Shown: piece by piece, positions 30,964 to 39,709 of the stretch
Layout: every line of letters begins with the position of its first letter
Numbering within the stretch: the stretch's first letter is position 1
Assembly: GCA_049654745.1 (NCBI GenBank)
Contig: JBASIK010000202.1
Span: 9,111 to 73,110, forward strand
Source: Bacteroidales bacterium
GTDB lineage: Bacteria > Bacteroidota > Bacteroidia > Bacteroidales > VadinHA17
Direction of reading: 5' to 3'
DNA: 64,000 nucleotides
Notes under the pieces: generated by a model
The model's input: the letters and a program-made list of their open reading frames with translations, nothing else
Database searches by the model: none
What the model was told of the DNA's origin: nothing
Made by a program: the position numbers and the translations under genes

Positions 30964-33953
30964 CGTCTGGGAAAATTAAAGGTTGCTGATTGTGATGGCT
31001 GCTGTGATTCTCTGAGAATGTTTGAAATGATTCTGTTTCTGTCATTTGCAATTTGTTCTCTCATACGGGTGTCAATATCTTCGTCGAAATATATTACACC
31101 ATCTACCATTGTTTTATTTGCCCGGGCGTATATTGAAAGCGGGTTATCTGTCCACAAAACGAGGTCAGCATCTTTGCCAACTTTTATACTTCCCATGCGG
31201 TGGTCGAGATGAAGGATTTTAGCCGGGTTGAGTGTTACAAGTTTAAGCGCCTCTTCTTCAGGGATGTTTCCGTATTTGATTACTTTGGCGGCTTCCTGAT
31301 TAAGTCTTCTACCCATCTCGGCGTCGTCGGAATGGAGGCAAGTAAGGACACCCTGGTTCAGGAGCATCGGGGCATTATATGTTGTGCCTTCATACACTTC
31401 GTATTTATAATCCCACCAGTCAGAGAACACAGAAGCAGCTGCCCCATATTCCTTAATCTGGTCTGCTATTTTATATCCTTCATTAAAGTGGATAAGAGTA
31501 TTCACTTTAACTCCGAAATCCTGTGCAAGGTTCATAATCATTGCACCTTCCGACTGCACATAAGTGTGGCACACAATAAAACTTCTGCCTTCAAGAACAT
31601 CGACCAGTGCATCGAGTTCAAGGTCGCGGCGTGGTGGTATTTTCCCCACCCTTTCGGAAGGTTTGAGAGCATTCCATGACCGCCATTCCCTGTTATAGTC
31701 AACAGCCCGCTGGTAGGCATCACGTATAATCTGTTCCACACCCATCCTGGTATTGGGATAGCGGGTTGTGGTACGTTTAACATTTTCACCAAGTGCATGT
31801 TTCAGGAAGCCGACCTGCCCTTCAACTTTAAGTTCTTCGGCAGGCCTGCCCCACCGGTGTTTGATTATAACCGATTGTCCACCAATAGGATTTGCAGAAC
31901 CGTGCAGGATATGTGCAGCCGTTACACCGCCCGCAAGTTGACGATAGATTGAAATATCCTCAGGGTCAATTACATCGCTGCAACGTACCTCTGAAGTGAT
32001 TGCCTGTCCCATCTCATTTGTAGCATCGAGGGCTATATGTGAATGTTCGTCAATTATTCCTGGTGTAAGATGCATTCCTGTTGCGTCTATGACTTTTGCT
32101 CCGGGAGCAGAAAGGTTCCTGCCAATTGCAGCAATTTTGCCTCCCTTAACAAGAACATCTGTATTTTTAAGTATGCCTTCCTTTTCATTTGTCCACACTG
32201 TTGCATTGCGGAACAGAATATCCTCCTGCTCAGGAGGTTCTATCCAGCCATAGGGAGAAAACGGATAAGGAACTGGTCCGGGTTTGACCACGGGTGGTGA
32301 GGGCCTTTTCTGTTTAGTATCCATTTCAAATTCCCTGCTTACGAAGGTTGCCTTCCAGTTAACCCATTTACCGTTGTCGAGCTGTCCCTTTCCGGTCAGA
32401 TCGTTTCCGGATATGTATCCTGGCAGCCTGTAACGTATTTTCTGTCGTTCAAAGGTTATACTAACAAGGTCTTTTTCAAGCGTAAAAGTTGCCCCCCTTA
32501 ATTCAGTAGTGTCATATAGAAGCTTAACCGCAGGTTTATCAAATGTCCCTGAAAGAACCATTTTATATTTTTCTCCATCGACCTGCAGGTCGTAAGTTCC
32601 TCTCAGGTCCTTCAGCCGGAGGTCAACAAACCTGTAAGGGACACCCTGCACCCAGTGCTCGTATATTACGCAGTCGTCGCTGAAAATGTTGCCTGATGTA
32701 ATCAGAAAGTTTGCAATCATATTTTTCTTTAAAGCACCCACAAGGTCGGCAGCTCCTATTAATGAAGCCGGGGTATATGTCAGAGCTTTGAGAGCTTCTG
32801 TTTCAGGTAATCCGTATTTAATTGCCTTTCTGAGGTTTGCAAGAAATGATGAGCGCTGGCGGAGGTCTGCCGATGTAATGGCGAAGGGTATACCTGCTGA
32901 AGCAATCATTGAAAGGTTCGACGGAGCAAGTTCGTAGTGTTTAAGGGTGGTGTATGCCACTCTTTCCGCATCATACGGATCCTTTACATCGGGTGCTTCG
33001 GGGAAATTGACAGGTATAATAAGTTTCATACCTGTTTTCTTTACATCGCTGAGTGCCTGGTATTCGTCACCTGCACCTTTAATTATGTAGTTTATACCAA
33101 ACTCCTTTGCTATTCTGTCTGCCCGCATAATTTCAAGTTTATTTCTTACCTCCATTACCTGTGGTAAAGAGAGGTTTGCAAGGTAAGCTTCGATATCTTC
33201 ATCGTGCAGGTAACCTGGTGGAAGTTGTTTGTACCACTGGGCGTCGTAATTGAACTGGCGGAGGAGTGCTATAATACCGAAGAGGGAAGCCGGATAGAGG
33301 TCGGATGAGCGTCCCCGGTTAAAAGAGTAGTTAGCTGTTGCAGGGTTTTTGAGCATCACACTGTTTGCTTTACCGTCGCCGGTTGTCACCAGGGCTGATG
33401 TTCCTCTTGCAAGGCCGTCGGCTTTAAAAGTTACGACGGCGCCGAACCCTGCCTGCCGGTATTCTCCTGCAGTGCGCGAGTCGGGAATAAACTCATCTGC
33501 AACGTTGTATGAAGCTTTGATACCTTCGTTCCAGTAATCAGCTACACGGGCTTCAGGTTCAGCCTGCTGTGCTGCCTGCCTTCCGGTTTGCTGTTGAACC
33601 GCAACCAGCCTTGCCATCTGAGAGGCATCACCTGATGCTGTCTGCTGTACCCTGATACCGTAGTTGGGAGCATATACATCCACAAAGGATGGATAGACAG
33701 TTTTTCCCGTAAGGTCGATTATAACTGTGCCGGGAGGGAAAGAAAGGTTTTTACCGACAGAAATTATTCTCCCCTCCGAAACAAGGAAATCAGTATTTTC
33801 CAGTGTAGTCTGATAATCAACCACTACTTTTGCATTTCTGAATCCGTATACATCCGGCCTTCTGTCACTTACTCCCACAACAGGGGCATTGTCCTGCTGG
33901 GGAAAGGCTGACAGCGATAAAAACGAAAGAAACAAAAGAATTTTTATTCGCAT
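30960..33953 (-). CDS. Exported large amidohydrolase-superfamily protein (two amidohydrolase-like modules)
   Basis: 997 aa with a signal peptide. The C-terminal module has GIIDEHSHIA (HxH), HSDD and GSIKVGKDADLVLW. The N-terminal module has a related but degenerate pattern. There is a 4-bp ATGA overlap with the downstream gene. Confidence 0.8.
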   Translation of the reverse strand: MRIKILLFLSFLSLSAFPQQDNAPVVGVSDRRPDVYGFRNAKVVVDYQTTLENTDFLVSEGRIISVGKNLSFPPGTVIIDLTGKTVYPSFVDVYAPNYGIRVQQTASGDASQMARLVAVQQQTGRQAAQQAEPEARVADYWNEGIKASYNVADEFIPDSRTAGEYRQAGFGAVVTFKADGLARGTSALVTTGDGKANSVMLKNPATANYSFNRGRSSDLYPASLFGIIALLRQFNYDAQWYKQLPPGYLHDEDIEAYLANLSLPQVMEVRNKLEIMRADRIAKEFGINYIIKGAGDEYQALSDVKKTGMKLIIPVNFPEAPDVKDPYDAERVAYTTLKHYELAPSNLSMIASAGIPFAITSADLRQRSSFLANLRKAIKYGLPETEALKALTYTPASLIGAADLVGALKKNMIANFLITSGNIFSDDCVIYEHWVQGVPYRFVDLRLKDLRGTYDLQVDGEKYKMVLSGTFDKPAVKLLYDTTELRGATFTLEKDLVSITFERQKIRYRLPGYISGNDLTGKGQLDNGKWVNWKATFVSREFEMDTKQKRPSPPVVKPGPVPYPFSPYGWIEPPEQEDILFRNATVWTNEKEGILKNTDVLVKGGKIAAIGRNLSAPGAKVIDATGMHLTPGIIDEHSHIALDATNEMGQAITSEVRCSDVIDPEDISIYRQLAGGVTAAHILHGSANPIGGQSVIIKHRWGRPAEELKVEGQVGFLKHALGENVKRTTTRYPNTRMGVEQIIRDAYQRAVDYNREWRSWNALKPSERVGKIPPRRDLELDALVDVLEGRSFIVCHTYVQSEGAMIMNLAQDFGVKVNTLIHFNEGYKIADQIKEYGAAASVFSDWWDYKYEVYEGTTYNAPMLLNQGVLTCLHSDDAEMGRRLNQEAAKVIKYGNIPEEEALKLVTLNPAKILHLDHRMGSIKVGKDADLVLWTDNPLSIYARANKTMVDGVIYFDEDIDTRMREQIANDRNRIISNILRESQQPSQSATFNFPRR

Positions 33954-34060
33954 AATAATTTAGATTTTAAGCATATCAAGAAGTTTCATTGAAAACAAAA
34001 GATTCAGTTTTGAATGGTTTAAAGATAATCAGATAGGTAAACGGATATTCAGTTATTTTG

Positions 34061-36901
34061 TTAAAAAGAATTAATTCCTTTGGGTCGGGTTACCATGTCA
34101 ACAAGGTAAACCACAGATTTGAATGAGATGCCTGAATGAAGGGTCAGTCCGATTTCGCATGTACGGCTTGTTGAATATCCCTTATTGACATTGCCGGGTA
34201 TCTGTTTTTTCAGATTCCTCAGGCCGTGCCGGTTCAGTTCGGGATTGAAAAATCCTTTATCGCCTGCAAAGCCACAGCAGTTTGTTTCGGGCACAATAAC
34301 TTCCCTGGCACACATCTTTGCAAGTTCAACAAGTTTTGTTTCAAGGCCCATTTTCTTCATACTGCAAACGGGGAAAACTGTAATTGTTTCATCCAAAGGA
34401 GTAATTTCAAGGTATGGCAGAAGATATTGTAATATAAATTCCACAGGTTCAAAGAGTTTAATCTTGTCTCCGGAATTTTCCCTCATGGTAAAAAGACAGG
34501 GGCTCATATCGCACACAACAGGGTATTCACCGTTATGACTGGCTTTAAACAGTGCTTCTTCAAGTTCATTTGATTTCATTATTCCTGCTTCAGTAAATCC
34601 CTTGCTTAAAAAAGCCATACCGCAGCACAGGTTGTCCAGGTTTTGGGGAAAGATAACTTCATAACCTGCTTTTTTCATCAGGGAAATCATTGTTTCAGAA
34701 AGTTGTTTTTCATTTCCGTAATCAGCTGAAACGCCCATTGTACGGTTTATACAGGAAGGAAAATAAACGGCTTTTCTTTTTTTATCATTACCTTTAAAAA
34801 CAATTTGTTTTATTTTTTTTGAACCACGTGGAAAGAACGGATTCCAGACCGGGATACGATTACCGGAAATTTTAACCAGTACTGTGGCAAAAAAATTCAT
34901 CAGACGGGTTCCCAGAATTTTATGTTTGTAACAGGCAATTGTAAGGAAGAACCGTACAAACAGGATTACAATACCAAGGTTTGAAGCTATTCTGACAGCT
35001 GTTTTTTTTGAGAGTTTTGTTTTACGTGAGCGAAGTGTTTTTACAAGTTTGCCTGTATCTATTCCAACCGGGCAGTTGATAGAGCATAATCCGTCGGCGG
35101 CACAGGTTGTTTTGCCTGAATATTCAAATGATTTTGCTAGTGAAGCGAGGATATGCGGCCGGTGGCCGGTTTTATAGAGTTGAAACATCTCCCTGAAAAC
35201 GGCGATGCGCTGGCGCGCTGTGAGTGTCAGTCCGGCTGAAACGCACGACGTTTCACAAAAACCACATTCAATACATTTATCAATGATTTCGTCAACCTCC
35301 GGGGTTATCTTCAGATTTTTAAGATGAATTTCCGGATCATCGTTGAGAATAACACCCGGATTAAGGATATTTTGAGGGTCGAAAATCTTTTTTATTCTTT
35401 TCATTACCTCATAAGCCTCTCTGCCCCATTCCATTTCAACAAAAGGAGCCATGTTCCTTCCCGTACCGTGTTCAGCCTTAAGTGAACCGTCGTATTTTTC
35501 AACAATCAGATGCACCACTTCTTCCATCAGGTTGCGGTAACGCATAGTTTCATTTTCATCCGCAAAGTTCTGACTGAGGACAAAATGGAGATTTCCTTCG
35601 AGGGCATGTCCGTAAACAACAGTGCTCTCGTAACCGTATTTCGACAGAATATGATGCAGATCCGTTACTGCTTCGGCAAGGCGGTTAACAGGTACGGCAA
35701 TATCTTCAATAATTGCCGATGTTCCACGTTTTCTCATAGCTCCTGCTGAAGGGAAAAGTCCTTTGCGGATTTTCCATAATTCTTCATATTCTGCCTGAAC
35801 ATAAGCAAATCTGAGGGGCAGTTCTGAAGGAATATGCTTTATTCTTCTGAGTATTTTATCAATATGTTCTTTTAGTTCAGCCTCTGACCTTGCTGTTGTT
35901 TCGACGAGCAGTGCAGAAGCATTGCTGCCCAGTCCTTTCAGAAATGCAGGCATTCCCGGTTCATCTTCAACTGAACGCAGGCCGTTGCGATCGATGAACT
36001 CAACTGCTTCAACCGGCATTTCTGAAAGCAACAAAACAGCCGTGCATGCTTCATTTACACCCGGGAAAACCATTAATGAACTGGCCCTGCAGGGTTTTTC
36101 AGGAACAGTATCAAGGGTTATTTCTGAAATAAACCCTAATGTTCCTTCCGAGCCAATCATAAGGTGTTTGATAATGTCGAACGGGTCGCTGAAGTCGGTT
36201 AAGGCATTCAGCGAATAACCCATAGTGTTTTTCAGCCTGTATTTGAATCTTATACGTTCGTAAAGTTCACTGTTTTTCTTTACTGCTTCTGACAGCTGAA
36301 GTAAATCATTAAAAAATTCAGGATGTGATATTAAAAAATCTGTTTTACTGTTTTCATCGCCTGTATCCAGTTTTGTCCCGTCAGCAAATATTATTTTCAT
36401 ATTCCTGACAGTGCTGTAACTTGTACCTGCTGACCTGCTTCTGAGTCCGCTGGCGTTGTTTGCAACAATACCTCCTATTGTTGCGGCATCTATTGAGGCG
36501 GGATCAGGCCCTATCTTCCTGCCATACGGAGCCAGCAGGGAGTTTATCCTGCCACCTGTCAATCCGGGTTGAACTATAATTTTAGTTCCATTATCAGATA
36601 TTTCGTAATTTTCCCAACTGTCGCCTGAGATTATCAACAAAACTGAGTCTGTTACTGCCTGGCCTGAAAGGCTTGTGCCTGCGGCCCTGAAAGTAACCGG
36701 TATATTATGTTTTAATGCGGCTTTCAGAATAAAAGAGACTTGCTCTTCATCTTCAGGTTTTACAACAAGCCGGGGTAAATACCTGTAGAGGCTTGCATCT
36801 GTACCAAAAGCGGTTGTATGCAAAGGATCGTCGAAAACCTTTGATTTTCCAAGTTTTCCAAGTACTGATAAATAAAACTCATGACAACTTCCGGACATCA
36901 T
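34061..36901 (-). CDS. FAD-binding oxidase fused to an Fe-S/CCG-domain module (YdiJ / D-2-hydroxyacid dehydrogenase-like)
   Basis: 946 aa. An N-terminal FAD PCMH-type domain (RAAGTSLSGQA) is followed by the ferredoxin-like CIECGFCETSCV and C-terminal cysteine-rich CCG-type repeats (CCGMAF, CCGFAGDKG). Confidence 0.82.
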   Translation of the reverse strand: MMSGSCHEFYLSVLGKLGKSKVFDDPLHTTAFGTDASLYRYLPRLVVKPEDEEQVSFILKAALKHNIPVTFRAAGTSLSGQAVTDSVLLIISGDSWENYEISDNGTKIIVQPGLTGGRINSLLAPYGRKIGPDPASIDAATIGGIVANNASGLRSRSAGTSYSTVRNMKIIFADGTKLDTGDENSKTDFLISHPEFFNDLLQLSEAVKKNSELYERIRFKYRLKNTMGYSLNALTDFSDPFDIIKHLMIGSEGTLGFISEITLDTVPEKPCRASSLMVFPGVNEACTAVLLLSEMPVEAVEFIDRNGLRSVEDEPGMPAFLKGLGSNASALLVETTARSEAELKEHIDKILRRIKHIPSELPLRFAYVQAEYEELWKIRKGLFPSAGAMRKRGTSAIIEDIAVPVNRLAEAVTDLHHILSKYGYESTVVYGHALEGNLHFVLSQNFADENETMRYRNLMEEVVHLIVEKYDGSLKAEHGTGRNMAPFVEMEWGREAYEVMKRIKKIFDPQNILNPGVILNDDPEIHLKNLKITPEVDEIIDKCIECGFCETSCVSAGLTLTARQRIAVFREMFQLYKTGHRPHILASLAKSFEYSGKTTCAADGLCSINCPVGIDTGKLVKTLRSRKTKLSKKTAVRIASNLGIVILFVRFFLTIACYKHKILGTRLMNFFATVLVKISGNRIPVWNPFFPRGSKKIKQIVFKGNDKKRKAVYFPSCINRTMGVSADYGNEKQLSETMISLMKKAGYEVIFPQNLDNLCCGMAFLSKGFTEAGIMKSNELEEALFKASHNGEYPVVCDMSPCLFTMRENSGDKIKLFEPVEFILQYLLPYLEITPLDETITVFPVCSMKKMGLETKLVELAKMCAREVIVPETNCCGFAGDKGFFNPELNRHGLRNLKKQIPGNVNKGYSTSRTCEIGLTLHSGISFKSVVYLVDMVTRPKGINSF

Positions 36902-37220
36902 AATATGTAAATGGCATAATTTACTTTCATCCTGTTATCTGACAAAGATAGATAGTCTGGTCAATTACGGAAGAAAGCCCCGGTAACAATATACCGGCTG
37001 AATAGTACGATTATTATGGCACCCTGGCCAACTCTGATCCCGGCAATTGCAGGGAACGCGTATTAACACAGATGGATTACAGATAAAATGTATCAAATCA
37101 TTAATACTTTACCGGATAAATCAGCGGAAATCCCCGATGCCAGGTATCAGTCTCATCCTTGTGCTATTTTATCAATGAATAGTCCTGCCCGGGGTCTGTT
37201 CACATTATTTCATGCAATTG

Positions 37221-38078
37221 TCAGAGATTATCCGGCCGGTAAGCCACGCTTGCGCGGCCGAATGAGCATATCATTGCATTACCGGCGAACGATTTATATT
37301 CCTTTGCCTGGCAGGTTCCGTCAAGGATGCTTTTCACGCATGCCACCTGATCGTTAATAAAATCTGATGGGATGGGAGTTCCGTGCCCGGGCATAAGAGT
37401 TGTAAACTCTGCCATTCTTTCCTGCTGTTTCTGAAGTGTTTCAAGGTATCTGTGCAACGAGGTGCAGTTTTGAAGGAACAGCCATACGAGGATGTTGTTA
37501 TTGTCGCCACTGAAAAGAAGTTTATTTTCAATATCGAGAAAACAGATACTTCCGGGAGTATGACCGGGGGTTTCCATCACCTGAATTCTTCTCCCTCCCA
37601 GCCTGAAGACATATCCTTCTTTTACAGGAATGTATTTTGTATCATAAGGTTTGTCCTTGTATTTTTCTTCATCCGCGGGTGTGTTTCCCTGTGTCATGGC
37701 ACCTGCTGACCTGCCGCGTGATTCAGGAAGGTTAAACTGTTTTGCAGCTTCGATGTCTGAAGCATGCATAAATATTTTTTCAAACTGGTAGTTTGCACCT
37801 GAATGGTCGGGATGACCGTGCGTATTGACAACAATCAGCGGTTTGGTTGTGATTTTTCTCACCACCGACACAAGGTCTGCCACACCGAGTCCGGTATCAA
37901 CCAGCAGTGCACTGTCACTGCCTTCAATAATGTATATGTTGTCAGCACCATGGTCACCTATAACCCATACTCCTTTGCCGAGTTCCTTCACTGAAAACCA
38001 TGGTTCTTTCTGCTGTGAAGGTGATATAACTGAAAAAGCAAAACAAAGAATTGCCGAAAAGAGAATTGTTTTTTTCAT
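37221..38078 (-). CDS. Exported MBL-fold metallo-hydrolase
   Basis: Signal peptide plus the HGHPDHSG (HxHxDH) motif and a downstream GHTPGS. Confidence 0.85.
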   Translation of the reverse strand: MKKTILFSAILCFAFSVISPSQQKEPWFSVKELGKGVWVIGDHGADNIYIIEGSDSALLVDTGLGVADLVSVVRKITTKPLIVVNTHGHPDHSGANYQFEKIFMHASDIEAAKQFNLPESRGRSAGAMTQGNTPADEEKYKDKPYDTKYIPVKEGYVFRLGGRRIQVMETPGHTPGSICFLDIENKLLFSGDNNNILVWLFLQNCTSLHRYLETLQKQQERMAEFTTLMPGHGTPIPSDFINDQVACVKSILDGTCQAKEYKSFAGNAMICSFGRASVAYRPDNL

Positions 38079-38152
38079 AACTGAATAACTTTTGTATGAT
38101 TACATCATCGGAACTTGTTTATGAAATTCCCCGCATGAAATTATAGTGGGTG

Positions 38153-39709
38153 CTATTTGTTTACCCTGTTAAAGAATTCAAGTTGTTCCCTGAAGGGAAG
38201 AGGTATCACTTTAACGGCATCTCCGAACTCCATTACCTGGGGGTTTTCAGGATTAAACCATGGCCATTCAGGCAGATTTGTTCCATTTGGGTTTCCCGTT
38301 GTTGCAAAGTTTATCCAGTAAGAAGACATTTTTTCCGACAGGTTGTAATCGGTATCTGTAAAAGGACGATTCCAGAACTTGAGTGTTTTCAGGGCATAAC
38401 CGAATTCTGCCGAGTGGAATGCGCCGTAGTTTGGCTCACCAGGAGGGACATGTGTGAAATAGTACAGATAAGCTTTGTTTTTGCCCTTTTCCGACTGTGC
38501 CTTAGCCCAGAAATAGTTTTGCCAGCCGAAAGAGAGAACACTGGCGAGTTTCTGTGATTTTTGTGCCTGGTTGTCGTCTCCTGCAGGGAAATACTTCAGG
38601 AACTCATTCGCAATTTCGCCATATTGTTTTTTAGCATTTTGTCTGAACATTTCAGCTGTGATATTTACTCCCATCGATACGCCATCGTCGGCATTCCATC
38701 CCGATATCAGGGGCACATCGTTAAACATCCCTGTTTCATATGCCTGACGCGCAGGCAGAACTACATATCCATCAAAGACAACACCCCAGCGGCCGGGCAC
38801 TTTTATTAGTTCCTCCGCTGGTTTTTTCCGGAGTTCTTCGATCGAAGAGACATTCAGCTGTTCTACATATCTCTTTCCGGATGATTCTGCAGTTTCAAGG
38901 TCGTTGACCAATCCGCCGAACCTACTGAACATTCCACCGCTATGTGCTATTGCACGGTGAAACAAACCTTTTGCCAGAGGCGATACAACAAGTGCATTTA
39001 CACTGAATGCACCTGCCGATTGCCCTGCTATCGTAACATTATCAGGGTCTCCGCCAAATGACATTATATTATTTTTCACCCACTTAAGAGCTTCTATCTG
39101 GTCAAGTATTCCGTAGTTGCCCGAGACTTTTGCTGGCGACTCGGCAGAGAGTTCCGGATGAGCAAGAAACCCAAAAACCCCAAGGCGATAGTTAATTGTA
39201 ATAAATACCACACCTTTCTTTGCCATCTCCTCTCCATTATACAGAGGTACTGTCCCTGAACCTCCAGTAAAGCCTCCTCCATGAATCCAGACTATTACAG
39301 GTCTTTTTTCTCCGGTATTTTCCGCTGAAGTCCATATATTAAGATAAAGGCAATCTTCAGACAGCGGTTCCTCAGGAGCCATAAACTCCTTCGACCACAT
39401 CATAAACGGAACGGGCTTCGACTGCATGGCACTGGGAGGAGCTGTAAGACATTCTCGGACACCTTTCCAGTGCGGAACAGGCTGCGGAGGTTTCCATCGC
39501 AAAGAATCAACAGGAGGAGCGGCAAAAGGTATTCCCATGAAAACTTTTACTATTCCGTTCTCAACCGTCTTACCTTTTACAAACCCAGCTTCAGTCTTAA
39601 CTTTATTTACATCAATTTTCTTTCCTGCATCCTTACAGCCGGTAGCAAAATAGGCTACCGGCATAAGGAGTGCGAATAATCCCTGAATGAGTATTTTTCT
39701 CGTCTTCAC
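38153..39709 (-). CDS. Type-B carboxylesterase/lipase family lipoprotein
   Basis: Lipobox (YFATGC), EDCLYLNIW, VWIHGGGF and the nucleophile elbow GQSAGA. Confidence 0.9.
   Translation of the reverse strand: MKTRKILIQGLFALLMPVAYFATGCKDAGKKIDVNKVKTEAGFVKGKTVENGIVKVFMGIPFAAPPVDSLRWKPPQPVPHWKGVRECLTAPPSAMQSKPVPFMMWSKEFMAPEEPLSEDCLYLNIWTSAENTGEKRPVIVWIHGGGFTGGSGTVPLYNGEEMAKKGVVFITINYRLGVFGFLAHPELSAESPAKVSGNYGILDQIEALKWVKNNIMSFGGDPDNVTIAGQSAGAFSVNALVVSPLAKGLFHRAIAHSGGMFSRFGGLVNDLETAESSGKRYVEQLNVSSIEELRKKPAEELIKVPGRWGVVFDGYVVLPARQAYETGMFNDVPLISGWNADDGVSMGVNITAEMFRQNAKKQYGEIANEFLKYFPAGDDNQAQKSQKLASVLSFGWQNYFWAKAQSEKGKNKAYLYYFTHVPPGEPNYGAFHSAEFGYALKTLKFWNRPFTDTDYNLSEKMSSYWINFATTGNPNGTNLPEWPWFNPENPQVMEFGDAVKVIPLPFREQLEFFNRVNK

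Noticed and set aside
37221-38078. Calling the exported MBL-fold protein a metallo-beta-lactamase resistance gene.
   Set aside because: Only the generic HxHxDH motif is visible. The fold covers many hydrolase activities, and subclass-specific residues cannot be assigned without an alignment.
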